A stretch of 64,000 nt of DNA from Octopus bimaculoides (Eukaryota). A model generated the notes under the pieces. That model was not told the origin of the DNA, did no database searches, and saw only the letters and a list, made by a program, of their open reading frames with translations. Position 1 is the first letter of the stretch, and the number at the start of each line of letters is the position of its first letter. A program made the position numbers and the translations under genes. Positions 1-14,473 of this stretch are shown piece after piece. The stretch is taken from assembly GCF_001194135.2 (NCBI RefSeq), contig NC_069006.1, positions 16,539,763 through 16,603,762 on the forward strand. The letters are read 5' to 3'.

Positions 1-270
1 CAGTTGGCAGCATAAAATATGAGCTGAGTCAAGCTGTTTCTTTCTCCTCAAGCATATTAATCCATTCAAGAATTAAATTCTTAATTCAAGGTATTATCTT
101 CGGTTTCAATCAGATTTGATAACTGTCATTAGATTTTAATTTTCCTTCTCTGTCTCAGAGGGAAATTCAAAAGCATTAAGGATTCCCTGTGTATGGCGTT
201 TTGTACTTTCTGCTTAACATATGTGCATGCATGTGTCGTAGTACTCTGTTGGTTACAATGGCAAGGTTTC

Positions 271-618
271 TAGTTGATCCGATCAACGGAACAGCCTGCT
301 TGTGAAATTAACATGCAAGTGGTTGAGCACTCCACAGACACGTGTACCCTGAACGTAGCTCTCAGGGAGATTCAGCATGGCACAGAGTGTGACAAAGTTG
401 GCCCTTTGAAATAGAGGTACAACAGAAACAGGGAGAAAGAGTGAGAGAAAATTGTGGTGAAAGAGTACAGCAGGGTTCGCCACCATCCCCTGCCGGAGCC
501 TCGTGGAGCTTTGGGTGTTTTCGCTCAATAAACACTCACAATGCCCGGTCTGGGAATCGAAACTGCGATCCTACAACTGCAAGTCCGCTGCCCTAACCAC
601 TGGGCCATTGCGCCTCCA
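271..618 (-). mobile_element. SINE family A, 3'-truncated
   Basis: Same family, more diverged. Confidence 0.82.
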
Positions 619-865
619 CTGTATGTGTGTAAAGGTGTGAGGTAAGTATAGAGATGAGAGATAGGTATAAGGCTTGGAGTAAGTACAGATGTAGTTGTGT
701 GGAATAAATAGAGTAATACAAGACAAGTGGAAAGATGAAGAGTAAGCAAAGAGGTGTTGGGTTATGTATAGAGAGGGGGAATAAGGGTGGAGACACGGTG
801 GAAAAGTGTGTGTGTGTGTGTGGGGGGGTGGGAGGAAGGATAGGATAAAATAAAAATTAACCAAC

Positions 866-982
866 CTGACGGACAGCTGCTTTATATTTGGCCATTATTT
901 CATTCATGTCTTCTTCAGCCTCTTCTGTCCGACTCTGGACATCCGTTAACTCCCGCAACACTGTCATGTAACGTGCCTCAGC
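866..982 (-). CDS. MYO18A: MYO18 exon: [39 protein letters not shown]
   Basis: gtacag acceptor, CAG|gttggt donor, 117 nt, phase 0/0. Absent from the ORF track; matches the EDMNELMKKHKAAV segment. Confidence 0.92.
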
Positions 983-1197
983 CTGTACGGGTGAAAGATA
1001 GACATTTCAAATATTTAACAGAAGTGATGACATTATTTCTGGTTGAAATGAACAGACAACTTGCCTTCTATAGCATAACATGGGTAAATTACTCTAATGG
1101 TGGGCCGGTGTCACATGTAGTAAGTAGTTTGTTTAGCTTACAATTGTGGGGGGACAAACACAGACACACAAACATATACATACATATATGTATATAT

Positions 1198-1284
<87 letters not shown>

Positions 1285-1937
1285 ACACATATCCAAAAGC
1301 AGTCCAATAAAATGACATAAAAGTGGAACTATGGTGATCTGGGATGTGACAAAATACTTACATCTTGTTTTCCTTTCGACATTTCTTCAAGCTGCTGTTG
1401 TAGTTCTTCCAGCTCTATTTCTAGATTCTTCTTAGCTTTCACAGCAGAGGCAGCAGTAAAGGCTGCATCTTCCAACTGAAACACACACAAGAGAAACATG
1501 AATGGACACTGGAAGGAAATGTTGATAACTGCCATTTCAACTTTACTATAACAAAACACCACCTTCTACTCTCTCTCCATCAATGATTATAATCAGAATA
1601 TCATCATCATTTAATGTCTTGTTGTCAGACTGCCCATATCCTGCATCAAATACTGTCTTTGTAATCTCAGATTTTAAAACAAACTCATAATTTTCTTATG
1701 TTTCCTTAAACATTCTCTAGAACAATACTATATGCAAAACCAAATATATGACAATACAGTTCTATATTTAAGAGATGAGGAATTATGTACATTATTTACA
1801 TTATTTACATTCGACGGTTATTTGTCCTCATCTTGTTTGTTGTTAACATGTTTCGGCTGATATACCCTCCAGCCTTCATCAGGTGTCTTGGAGAAATTTC
1901 GAACCTGGGTTCTCATTCCTAAGGTATTTTTCAATGC

Positions 1938-1993
<56 letters not shown>

Positions 1994-2206
1994 TCACTGC
2001 TTGGAATCAAACTCGGAATCTTGGGGTTAGTAGCCTGCGCTCTTAACCACTACGCCATATGCCCACAGGCATAGGGCATAATAAATAATGTACAAATATA
2101 TGACACCCTAGACATAACACCAACATGAACTTCTAACTTGTTGTCTCTTGAGGTCTCTGGGTGAGATTTGGCGTCAACTTGTACAAATACAAAGCAAAAG
2201 TCAAAC

Positions 2207-2243
<37 letters not shown>

Positions 2244-4995
2244 CCTTTCTGCAATAGGCACAAAGCCTGAAATTTTGGAGGAGGGGAAAGTTAATTATCT
2301 CAACCCCCAAAATAATAATGTTTTCAAATCTTGGCACAAGGCCAGCAATTTCAGGAGAGAGTGTAGGTCGATTATATTGACTCCAGTGCTCAACTGGCAT
2401 TTATTTTATCAACTCCGGAAGGATGAAACGCAAAGTGGACCTTGGCAGAATTTGAATTCAGAGCATGAAGATGGACAAAATGCTGTTAGGCATTTCACCT
2501 GGAGTGCTAATGATTCTGCCAGCTCATCACCTTGGAAGATGATGATGACGATGATGATAACAACAATAACAATAATAATAAAGTGCCATAATCATCCCTA
2601 GCAATCAGATGGTTTAGTTTTGTTAGACTGAAGGAAGCAATGAAAGAGTACAGCCCTTACCTGATTCCTCAGTTGACGTATTGTTGCTTTAGAGCTTTCA
2701 GTACTTTGCTGTTTCTGAATAACAATTTCGGCATCTCGGAGGAGGGCTTTGGTACGACGAAGATCTTTTTTCAGTTTCCTTTCATTATCTGAAAACGGAA
2801 GCAGAGAAACAAAGATGACATTACTGAAACAAACTACCAAAAAAAACCTTTAAGAAATAATGTTCCTTTATGAAGTTCCCGATTAGGGTCATTGCAAGGT
2901 GTATCTAGGGATATGATGGGGGGGGGGGTCAACCAAGGTCATTGTACACTTTTAGGCATGTATATATATTTCTTTATTGCCCACAAGGGGCTAAACATAG
3001 AGTGGACAAATAAGGACAGACAAAGGGATTAAGTCGATTACATCAACCCCAGTATGTAACTGGTACTTTATTTATCAACCCTGAAAGGATGAAAGGCAAA
3101 GTCAACCTTGGCGGAATTTGAACTCAGATCGTAATGTAATGGCNNNNNNNNNNNNNNNNNNNNNNNNNNNNNNNNNNNNNNNNNNNNNNNNNNNNNNNNN
3201 NNNNNNNNNNNNNNNNNNNNNNNNNNNNNNNNNNNNNNNNNNNNNNNNNNNNNNNNNNNNNNNNNNNNNNNNNNNNNNNNNNNNNNNNNNNNNNNNNNNN
3301 NNNNNNNNNNNNNNNNNNNNNNNNNNNNNNNNNNNNNNNNNNNNNNNNNNNNNNNNNNNNNNNNNNNNNNNNNNNNNNNNNNNNNNNNNNNNNNNNNNNN
3401 NNNNNNNNNNNNNNNNNNNNNNNNNNNNNNNNNNNNNNNNNNNNNNNNNNNNNNNGTTGGCACTCCGTCGCTTACGACGTCGAGGGTTCCAGTTGATCCA
3501 ATCAATGGAACAGCCTGCTCGTGAAATTAACTTGCAAGTGGCTGAGCACTCCACAGACACGTGTACCCTTAACGTAGTTCTTGGGGATATTCAGCGTGAC
3601 ACAGTGTGACAAGGCTGACCCTTTGAATTACAGGCACAACAGAAACAGGAAGTAAGAGTGAGAGAAAGTTGTGATGAAAGAGTACAGCAGGGTTCGCCAC
3701 CATCCCCTGCCGGAGCCTCGTGGAGCTTTTAGGTGTTTTCGCTCAATAAACACTCACAACGCCCGGTCTGGGAATCGAAACTGCGATTCTATGACCACGA
3801 GTCTGCTGCCCTAACCACTGGGCCATAGCGCCTCCACGATAGGTTAAGTATGTCAGGCAAGAACAAGGAAGGTTTTCCTGCTGATGGTGAACTTCAACAT
3901 TGTTTCTGTTAACTGAATTTTAGCCATGCTGTCAGTAATCCACATGACTGACCTCTCAGGTACTGTGGTTTACATGAACTCAAGAAATGAATAGAAGTAG
4001 TTTACAACAGCAGCTTAGAAACATCGACTATTTGGGGCCAGCTTGGAAAAAAACAGAAACCATGAGGTACCAACATGGATAAAATATTGACCAAGTAGGA
4101 CAAACCTAGGGAAAACAATGACCATGTGGGAGCAACTCAGAGAAGGTCACTGACCATGTTGTACCACCATGGACAAAACACCAACCATGAGATGTGATCA
4201 GTTTATCTTCAAGATTTTAGTAACAGGTTTGTTCTCCCATCAAGAATACAAACAGCCATTGAATAATTACCACTGTTGTTCTGGACTCCTTGTGTCATCA
4301 TCTCTTGTACTTGTCGTTCAAGTTCACGTTTGTCCTGCATCAACAATCTCTTGTCATCGTACTCTTCTTCCAGTTGACTCTCCAACTGTTTCAGCTAAAA
4401 CAGACACAAAACATGTGTTACACGAGAAAAATACAACATGCATTAAACACGGTACTGGATATATATATATATATATGTATAAAAGCTACATTAATGGGAA
4501 ATATATATAAGATACATTAACATGAGAAATAGAAACTATGTTAACAAGTTTAACAGAAGTTATATTAACATAAGATATGCAGAACCGACATTAACATACA
4601 AGACTGAAGAGACCAACATTACCATGGGAAATAACATGGAAAATGCAAAAAACAAAAGGCAATATTCATCAACCTGAGTCCATGGGAGAAGATACTTGCC
4701 GTCACCATACACTGTCTCTTTCACTTCCTCTCTCTCTGTCTTTCCCTTTGCCACTCACTTCTTTGAAGTAAGTGTGACAAAAAGAACAAGTTGGCATATT
4801 AATATAATCCTTCCTACTATAGAGCACAAGGCCTGAAATTTTGGGGGAAGGAGATATGTCAATTACATTGATCCCCAGTGCTCAACCGGTAGCTTATTCT
4901 ATGAACCCCAAAAGGATGAAAAGCAAAGTCAACTCAGTGGCATTTGAACTCAGAACATATAGTGGGAAGGAATGCCACTAAGTATTTTGTCTGGT

Positions 4996-5052
<57 letters not shown>

Positions 5053-5267
5053 GTTTCAAATTTTGGCACAAGGCCAACAATTTCAAGTGAGCGAGTAAGT
5101 CAATTACATCGGCCCCCATTGTTCAACTGGTACTTATTTTATCGACCATGGAAAGATGAAGGACAAAGTCAACCTCGACAGAATTTGAACTCTGAACATA
5201 ATGACGGATGAAATGTCACTAATCATTTTGCCTAGCATGTTAATGATTCTGCCAGCTTGCTGCCTTA

Positions 5268-5319
<52 letters not shown>

Positions 5320-5321
5320 GC

Positions 5322-5352
<31 letters not shown>

Positions 5353-5409
5353 GCAGCAATAATAATAATAATAATAATAATAATAATNNNNNNNNNNAAT
5401 AATAATAGC

Positions 5410-5440
<31 letters not shown>

Positions 5441-5445
5441 GCAGC

Positions 5446-5494
<49 letters not shown>

Positions 5495-6421
5495 GCAGCA
5501 ATAATAATAATAATAATAATAGCAATAATAATAATAATAATTTACATTAAATAACAACAACAACAACATTGGTTAATAACCACTAATCTTTTTTCGTTGG
5601 GGTGTATGGAACAGTCAATTAAATTGATTCTCAATAATCTATAATGAGTTCTCAGGAAGATAAAAACTAAAGCTGACTTTGATGGGATTTGAAGTGAGGA
5701 TGTAAAGGGACATGAGTAAATACTGCACAGTATTTAGACCGAGATGCTCTACCAATTCTGTCGTGTACAGTTCTAGTAGACAGCATAAAAAAATAATTGC
5801 TTATGATTTAGGCACAAGACCAGCAGCTTTGGAGCTGAGGATTAGTTAATACCATGAAGCCCAGTAATTGACTGATTATTTTATTGGCCCCACAAGGGAT
5901 GAAAAGCAAAGTTGATGTCAGTGGGATTTGAACTTAGGATGTAAAGAGCTGAAACAAAATGCCACAAGGTATTTTTTTCCAATGCTTTAACAATTCTGCC
6001 AATCCATTATCCTAAGCAATATAAATAATAAACAGAAAAATAGATATACACACACATAATCAAACACACACACAGCAGAGAGATAAAATATCTTGCCTTT
6101 TTTTGTGTAGAATACCTCAGCTCTTCCAGATCCTCATCCTTCTCCTCTATCTCTTTCATATGTTGCTGACGGAGATTCTGTAAATTCATCTCCAGACGTA
6201 GCTTAGTCTGTAAATATATTTTAAAATAAATGGCAAAACAAGTCAGTGATGTGTAACAGATAGATCGGTCAGTGATATGAGATAGAGACTAGTTTGTAAT
6301 ATGTCGTACATAGACTGCTTGTGGCAGTGTCACAGACACTAACTATACTATTGTGGATAAGCAGAGGTTTACATTGTTACATTGTTAGGCAAAGTACAAC
6401 ACTGTAACACTCCTGCCCACC

Positions 6422-6463
<42 letters not shown>

Positions 6464-8527
6464 AAATAGAAATGTAGAACAATGATGACAACAATTATTA
6501 TGAAGAAATATCTTCTACTGTGTTATTCAACCAGCCAGAATTAGCAACCACATCTCGCATCAAATCACAGACAACCATTCTAAAAGATGAAAGATACATT
6601 GAGCAATATAGTCTGTGATGAGAAGAAATGATAGGGATGGTCATAGTCTAGACCAGGGGTTTTCAAACTTTTTGACTTGCAGACCCCTTTATATTTCAGG
6701 CTTTACCTTAGGGACCCCCTTATAAATGCTTATGAAATTTATACATAAATATTTGCTTAAAATAACATATATTTTTACATTTATTTATTTAACAGTATTT
6801 AGGTTTATTGTCAATTAAAAGATTTCGATTAAAAAACATATATAAAATCAAATTGCCCATAAAAAGTATTTGCTGTCTACGGACCCCCTGTCTTGTCCAC
6901 CGTATAAAAAAGTTTCCCCACTCCTGATTTAAAAGTTAAGTTATTTCTTGGAGAAAATTATATTTTTTTAATTATTATTTACAAATGACATTGTTAGTGG
7001 GACGCAAAGTTCAAAAATCAAATTTGCTTTTCTCAAGATGCAGTTCCAGAGCCTTTATGGATTAAACTTACATACATAACTATATACACTCGCATTTATA
7101 TCGTAGATACACACACACACACATAAACATATTTGTGCGCGTGTATACATGCATGCATGTGTGTGACTATATACACATACATCCACATGCACCCACTGTG
7201 TGTATGTGCACAGAAAGTCATTTGAATATGTGATTTGGGGAGAGAGAGAGAGAGAGAGAAATTGCAGCATCATGTATTAATAGCCAGAAAGCTCTTGAGA
7301 AAGAATGTGTAAGTATGAATAGTATAAGTATGAATAGTAAATAAGTGAGTGTAAGAATGTAATGTAATGTGTGTGTGTGTGTGTGTGCTAACTTAAGTAT
7401 TGTGAGTGTGTAAGTACCCACTGTGAGTGTGAGTGAGTGTCCAGCATAATGGTCAGTAAGTGGAGGCAGCTGTGTCATGTAATAGCCCAGTCATCAGTTC
7501 CAGCAGCTGTCCAAGACATTCTCTACATCTCAGATAATGAGACAGGCAGACGCTGTCCAGACAAAGGGGTCAGCTATTTTGGCCACTCACACTGACCTCA
7601 CAAGGTCACAAGTTTTTTTGTTTCTTTTTTCTTTTTTTTTTTTTTGACTGGGACGCAGTTACAGTTAGACTATTGGATGGATTCTTCTGTGTACATGCAT
7701 ACGTGTGAAAAGATCCATCATTATCAACGTTTTAATGTCTAGTTTTTCCACGTTCGTATGGGTCAGCTGGTATTTGTTCTGTTTGACTTTCTAGGCATGC
7801 CCATGTGTGTTAGACACAAGGAGTTCAAAAAAAGTGCTCAAGGTGGTTGTTGGCACGATGGTTAATAATTTTGGTGGGTATTTAGTAAGTTATCAGATGT
7901 TGGCACTTCAGTGTATCTATGCCCAGGGAAGCATTCAGAGTATGGTACATGCCTGGCGGAGGGTATTTGCTTGGTTGCACAACTCTGAACAGATTCCAGG
8001 AGGTCGATGTCCTGAACAAGATAGGGGTTCAAGACTCTATATATATATATATTGTTACTATTATGCAAAAGTGTCCTAAGTCCAAAACATTGCTGTTTCA
8101 GAAAACAAGAAAATAGTTTCACCATTCTATAGCAAAACTGATGTACTACACTTTGACAATTTTTGATATCTTGGCATCTGAAGCAGCTGGAGATACAATA
8201 GTTTGACCAAAAGAACCAGTTATTGCAAGCAAAAATAAATATTGAAAAAAACACACACACACATAAATAAATATATATATGTGCGTGTGTATACATATAT
8301 AAACAAATATATGCATACACACACACACACACAGACAACAGAGAGAGAGACATGTGCATCTGTAAATACACACAGGTTCACATATAAACATGTATCACCA
8401 AATCTGTTACTCAGAGTTTCACATTCCCGTTTGTCGGACAGTTTTGTTATAACAAAACTGTCCGACGAATGGGAATGTGAAACTCTGAGTAACAGTTTTT
8501 GTGATATTTCTGCTGCTTTTAAATAAA

Positions 8528-8582
<55 letters not shown>

Positions 8583-11500
8583 TTGAGTCACACATAGCTA
8601 TATATACATATATAAATATATATATATATATATACACATATAAATATATATATACATTTTGAGTCACACACACATGCTATATATATAATAAAATAAATAC
8701 ACACATCATTCCCCAAGTATGTGTGTGTGCATGTATTTTAATCTTCATTTAATCAAGCAGCTACAAAGCTCAGGATAGCTGTGTAAACAAAAGGTAAACT
8801 TACCTGTTCTAACTGCTGTATCTGACCAGCTTGGTCATCAAGTTCCTCTTCCTGTTCAGCAACCTTCATAGATAGTTCATGTTTTGCTCTCTTTAATGCC
8901 ATATACTGAAACAAAGAGAAACCAATATCATCAACTCCACAGACCACCATCATCACCACCAACACTATTGCTATCACCACCATCATCCCCAATGTCATTA
9001 CTATTGCTGTCCCCACAACTATAGTTGTTCTCATCATATCATCACACACCATTCGTCACTACCCTCGTCTCCATCAGTAATTTAATGGTTGTTAACCCTT
9101 TAGCATTTAAACCGGCCATATATAGCCAAAAGTATTCTGCTTGTTTTATGTTCAAACTGGTCAGATCTAGTCTCTCACACCAACCCTACAATATTGTTTT
9201 AAAAATTAACAGCTACCTCATCAAAATCTCATAGCTACAAGATAATGTATGATCAGTTCAAAACAACGTGGAGAAAAAAAGCATTAATTATGGCAGAATA
9301 ACGCAAACACTAAAGGGTTAAATACCATTTATGACCAGAACAATCCATAGTAAAGTGTCACTACTGGTGTGGAGAGATGATGTGTGGGCAAAGTTAAGTG
9401 GCATTATTGATAAAGAAAGTAAGTCTGCGTAAAATGATGTGCCAACATGAATGTGGGGAGTCACAGTTTGGGTAAGGAGTCAGCATCATTGTGGAAAGAC
9501 AAACAGTCTTGAGAAAAAAAAAAGGGAAGGGTTCATATGAAGGGGTGCTGAAAAGTTCCTGGCTTTAAGGGTATTGTAAAAGGCTTGGTTGGAGGTCCAA
9601 CGTTACAAGTTCTTTTATAGGGTTTACTCAGAAAAAAACTGAAGGGCTGCTACAATAGGTGTATGAATCTGAGAGGGGAATATGTTCAATAAAATCATAA
9701 TTAAGTGAACCTCCTGTATTTTCTTTTACCCAAAGCCAGGAACTTTCCAGCAGTGCCTCATAGAGACATGGAGAGAAAACTGGATCAAGGTAGTGGTGGG
9801 CATGGATGAGAAAGAGACAAGTGATGAGGTGGAAAGGCTGTCACAAACTGCAGAGATTATAAACAAACAAAGCCTGACAGTAGAGGAAAGAAATGGCAGG
9901 ATCAACTGACAAAGAATTACATCTGGAATGGAGACACAAGAAAGTGGACACTAGTGATAAGTAAACTGTCTCATTTTAAACTCTTTTTCATAGCGAACGG
10001 AAGCTAATTGATCTGTAGTCTGAGACATAACTGTTTGTTTCCACAACTCTCTGTCTGTTCCCTTTACTCACTCACCGAACTCCCTTTCCTTGTCTTTTCT
10101 TCAATTCATAATCATTTCTAATCAGATATTTAAATGGTACCTACATCAAATATATTAACACAGACTTCATGTAACAACTTGCCGAGAGTTTTAATTTAAA
10201 CATGAATACTTTATTACAGGGAGTCTCAGGTGGCTTGGTGTTAAAAGGGTTAAGGTTTAACAGAATTTTTATGAATATTCCATACAAGATGGTTTTTTTA
10301 AAATTTCTGCCCTTAACTCACACGTATTAAAAGAAGTAACAAATAATTATCCCTGTTGCTGGTCAGAACTCAAGACAATAGGCATCAGCCACACATCTAT
10401 CAAAGAATACCATCTATTAATATTCCGTGGAAAGTAAAGCAACAGGGAGATGTATAGAAGCAGATGTTTGTGAGTCGGGTGACCTACTACGTGTTAGTGG
10501 GGGAGCTGGTGGATGCAGATAGGGGTCTGTTACAATAGTTGGACATGCTTGTTCACCCTCACTAATTAGCGGCTTTGAAAGTAAAGTTATTATTTTACAG
10601 TGAGAGTAAATATGTTGTTTCCACACAAATGCAATTGATTAATTTTTCAGCTGTGCAGTGTAAGAAAGTGGTTGATTACCAGAGTCGTTTGAGGGTTAGA
10701 TAAAATGTAATGCATGCATAAGTATAGCTAATGTGGTGAAGAAGTTTGCTTCTAAACCACATGGTTTCAGGTTCAGCCCCACTGCACAGCACCTTGGACA
10801 AGTATCAGCTTCTATAGCTCCAGCCCAACAAAAAAACCTTGTGAGCAGATTTGAAAGAATCTCATCGTATCTGTGTGTGTGGATTGGTGGTGGGGGAGTG
10901 GATGGATAGATAGATAGATAGACAGATACAGATGTGTGTGTGTGTGTTTCCTTGTCCAGGTATTGCTTTATCTCTGTAAATGAGTATCACTGTCATACAA
11001 GTAGGGTCATTCATTTCCAATATTTTGCTAAAATATGTCTACTACACTCTCAGAATGGTTGGCGTTAGGAAGGGCATCCAGCTGTAGAAACTCTGCCAAA
11101 TCAGATTGGAGCCTGGTGCAGCCATCCGGTTCACCAGTCCTCAGTCAAATCGTCCAACCCATGCTAGCATGGAAAGCGGACGTTAAACGACAATGATGAT
11201 GATGATGATGTCTGGCCTTAGGGAAATATTACCTCACTTGGAAACGGGTAATGGTTAGAGAGAGAGGCAGGGCATTTGGTTGTAGACAATCTACCTCAAT
11301 AAGGTCCATCTGACTCATGCAAGCATGGAAAAGTGAGTAAAATTTAAGCAACTATGATGATTATGATGATGATGACATTTGATTCAGCTCCCTACACTCT
11401 GACTTTATATCCTGCTGAAGTCAAATTTACTTTTCATCCTTTCAAGGTCAATGAATGGAGAACCTGACCAGTGTTGATGCAGTCTTCTCACTTTCCAGTC

Positions 11501-12647
11501 ACCACATCCTGGATGTCCCACATTTGGAAAGGTGTCTGCTTGGGACTGGTTGGCACTCCGTCGCTTACGACAACGAGGGTTCCAGTTGATCCGATCAACG
11601 GAACAGCCTGCTCGTGAAATTAACGTGCAAGTGGCTGAGCACTCCACAGACACGTGCACCCTTAACGTAGTTCTCGGGGATATTCAGCGTGACACAGAGT
11701 GTGACAAGGCTGGCCCCTTTGAATTACAGGCACAACAGAAAAACAGGAAGTAAGAGTGAGAGAAAGTTGTGGTGAAAGAGTACAGCAGGGTTCACCACCA
11801 TCCCCTGTCGGAGCCTAGTGGAGCTTTTAGGTGTTTTCGCTCAATAAACACACACAACACTTGGTCTGGGAATTGAAACCGCGAGTCCGCTGCCCTAACC
11901 ACTGGGTCATTGCACTTCCGCTTGGGACTACATAACACTTAAAAATTTCAAGTAGAAAGAAAGTGCATATCACAAAGTTATACTCGACTATGAGTGATAG
12001 CAGCAGCAGCTATTGTATTGTGTATTAGATAAATATTTTTTAGCATGTAATTACAGGAAAAAACACCATCCATTGAGAAAGCATATACATGGTAAATAAC
12101 CGTGCTAGAAATAGCAGCCATACTTCCTTCAAATCACGGCCTACCGGGGAACAAGAGGAAATAGATTATATAGTTCTAGATACACTGTTGAAATAAAAGG
12201 GAGAATGATTGTCCATCTAGGTGGATCAAAACTGACCCAGGGCTTAATAACAACACCATGATACAATCTGTTGCAGATCATGTGACTACAACGGGTGAAG
12301 GAGAATGAGAACTAGGAAGAAGTGAGAGAAAGAGAGAGATGCAGAGAGAAACTAAATAGAAGAGGAGGAGGAGGGGGATTCAGAGGAAAAGACCATTACA
12401 CAAAGGAAATAGGAAAAGGATTAAAGGATTCAGGAGGGGCACGGGTATGTGGGTTGGGTGATAAAGTAACAGAAAGGGGTGTAGAAGATGGAATTTGATG
12501 TGATGAGAGGAGAAGAGGAAGTAGTTCTTGGCTAGGGAAGAGACCCCTCACCAGGAAGAGATGCTTTCTGAAGACTAGCATCATGGGTTATTAAGTGGGG
12601 GTAGTATGTGAGAGGATGTTTGAGGTTGGGAAGATGCTGTGTGCGTA

Positions 12648-12703
<56 letters not shown>

Positions 12704-14425
12704 AGTGTCTGAGTGACTGTGTGGGAATATGTATGGCCATGATAATGTGTAGGTGTGATACTGTGTATGCGTGTGCATTCATTCATTCATTCATTCATTC
12801 ATTCATTCATTCATTCATTCATACATTCATATTCGTACATTCTGTATTTATTGAGTCCTTTTTTATGTTCTATTTCTTCTAATCACGATTATGTGTTTAT
12901 GAGCATATGTACATACATACATGCATATATATATATACATACAGCCCCCCCCGACATATGTATGCTTGTGTGTGTGTGTACACTTACATGTTTGTGCATA
13001 GTAAGAGACTCAACACACACACACACACACTATGTGTGCTCCAAGCTGTTTTTACCAAATATTTAACAATAAAACACTAATCCTATACAGATTAATGTTA
13101 ATCCTTAATAATTAGCAGACATACCATTGATATGAACACTAGTGATGGAAAAATCTCTCACACAGTATGCCACCTACCAACGCGTTATATAAGGATTTCA
13201 TCTTAAATGTTTACATACACACACACATTAACATATAAACCTCCACAACATCAATATTAGTATGTGAACGTGTATATATTATACACACATATAGCTGTAG
13301 AAACTCTGCCAAATCAGATTGGAGCCTGGTGTAGCCATCTGGTTTCACCAGTCCTCAGTCAAATCATCCAACCCATGCTAGCATGGAAAGCGGACGACGA
13401 CGACGACGATGTTTGTATCATGTTACAACTTTTTCCAGTCTGACATGGGGGTCAAGACTTCTACAGAGAGTTTTACCACTTGCAGCAGCCTGTTCTAATC
13501 TCCTTCACAAGATTCAACCTCCTGAGATCAACTCCTGAACCACATTTTCCCATGTCTTTTTTGCAAGGGCCTTCTCGGATCACTTGGCATTTATTCATCC
13601 AACTGTCATCCTCTGTATACATCATATATCCATATCATCTTCGTCTTCCCCCTTTTTGCATCTAACCTCACTCTGGTCGTTATGGTTTCACAACAACCTC
13701 CTCCACAGCTGAGCAGGTCACCTAAATGCTATCACATAGTAGTAACAGAAGCTATTAATTATTTCTATTGAACCTTTTAAGCAATTGGGCCCTCATTTCT
13801 TAGGTACTTTTACTGCCAATGATAGCCAATTTTGAATTCCTCATTTGAAGAGCTATAAGAGCCTGGTATAGACTGAGAACAAAGGACAAATGGATTCCTA
13901 CATGCATTGAGCTTGCTGCTGCAAGTTTGCTGGTTTTCACAGATTAAGTCAACAAATACTAAATATAGTAGTATTTTTTTTTTCCTTGACTAAAAAGTTG
14001 GCATCAGTGGTCCCACATCCTGGCACAAACCCAAACAGCATCTCATTTAAGCTTGTTCTCTCCCTGATTAGTTTTGCTATAACTTGCTCCACCACTTTTA
14101 TGATTTGGTCCATCAGTTTAATGCCCTTGTAGTAACTACATTCTAAGGCATCTCCTTCGCCCTTGCAGCTGTTCACAATGATACTGCTATGCCAGCGATT
14201 AGCAATACTGTCCTCCCTATTCTAACTGACTGACAGTGTAAATAGTCAGTGTATATTCTATTTAAATGGATAGTTTTAGTATCTTAGTGACTATCCCTGA
14301 GGTCCAGATAGTCTCAAGCTACAGTCAGCCAATCAGTCAACCTAACTGTTACCAATAAATCATTCCATGTAGTTGATTCAGTTCACCTAGAATATAGGAA
14401 TCTCACCGTGTGTGCATGCGTGTGC

Positions 14426-14473
<48 letters not shown>

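Noticed and set aside
4600-4650. CTGAAGA...GAAA spaced like a hammerhead
   Set aside because: Only a weak 3-bp stem II, with no stem I or stem III pairing.
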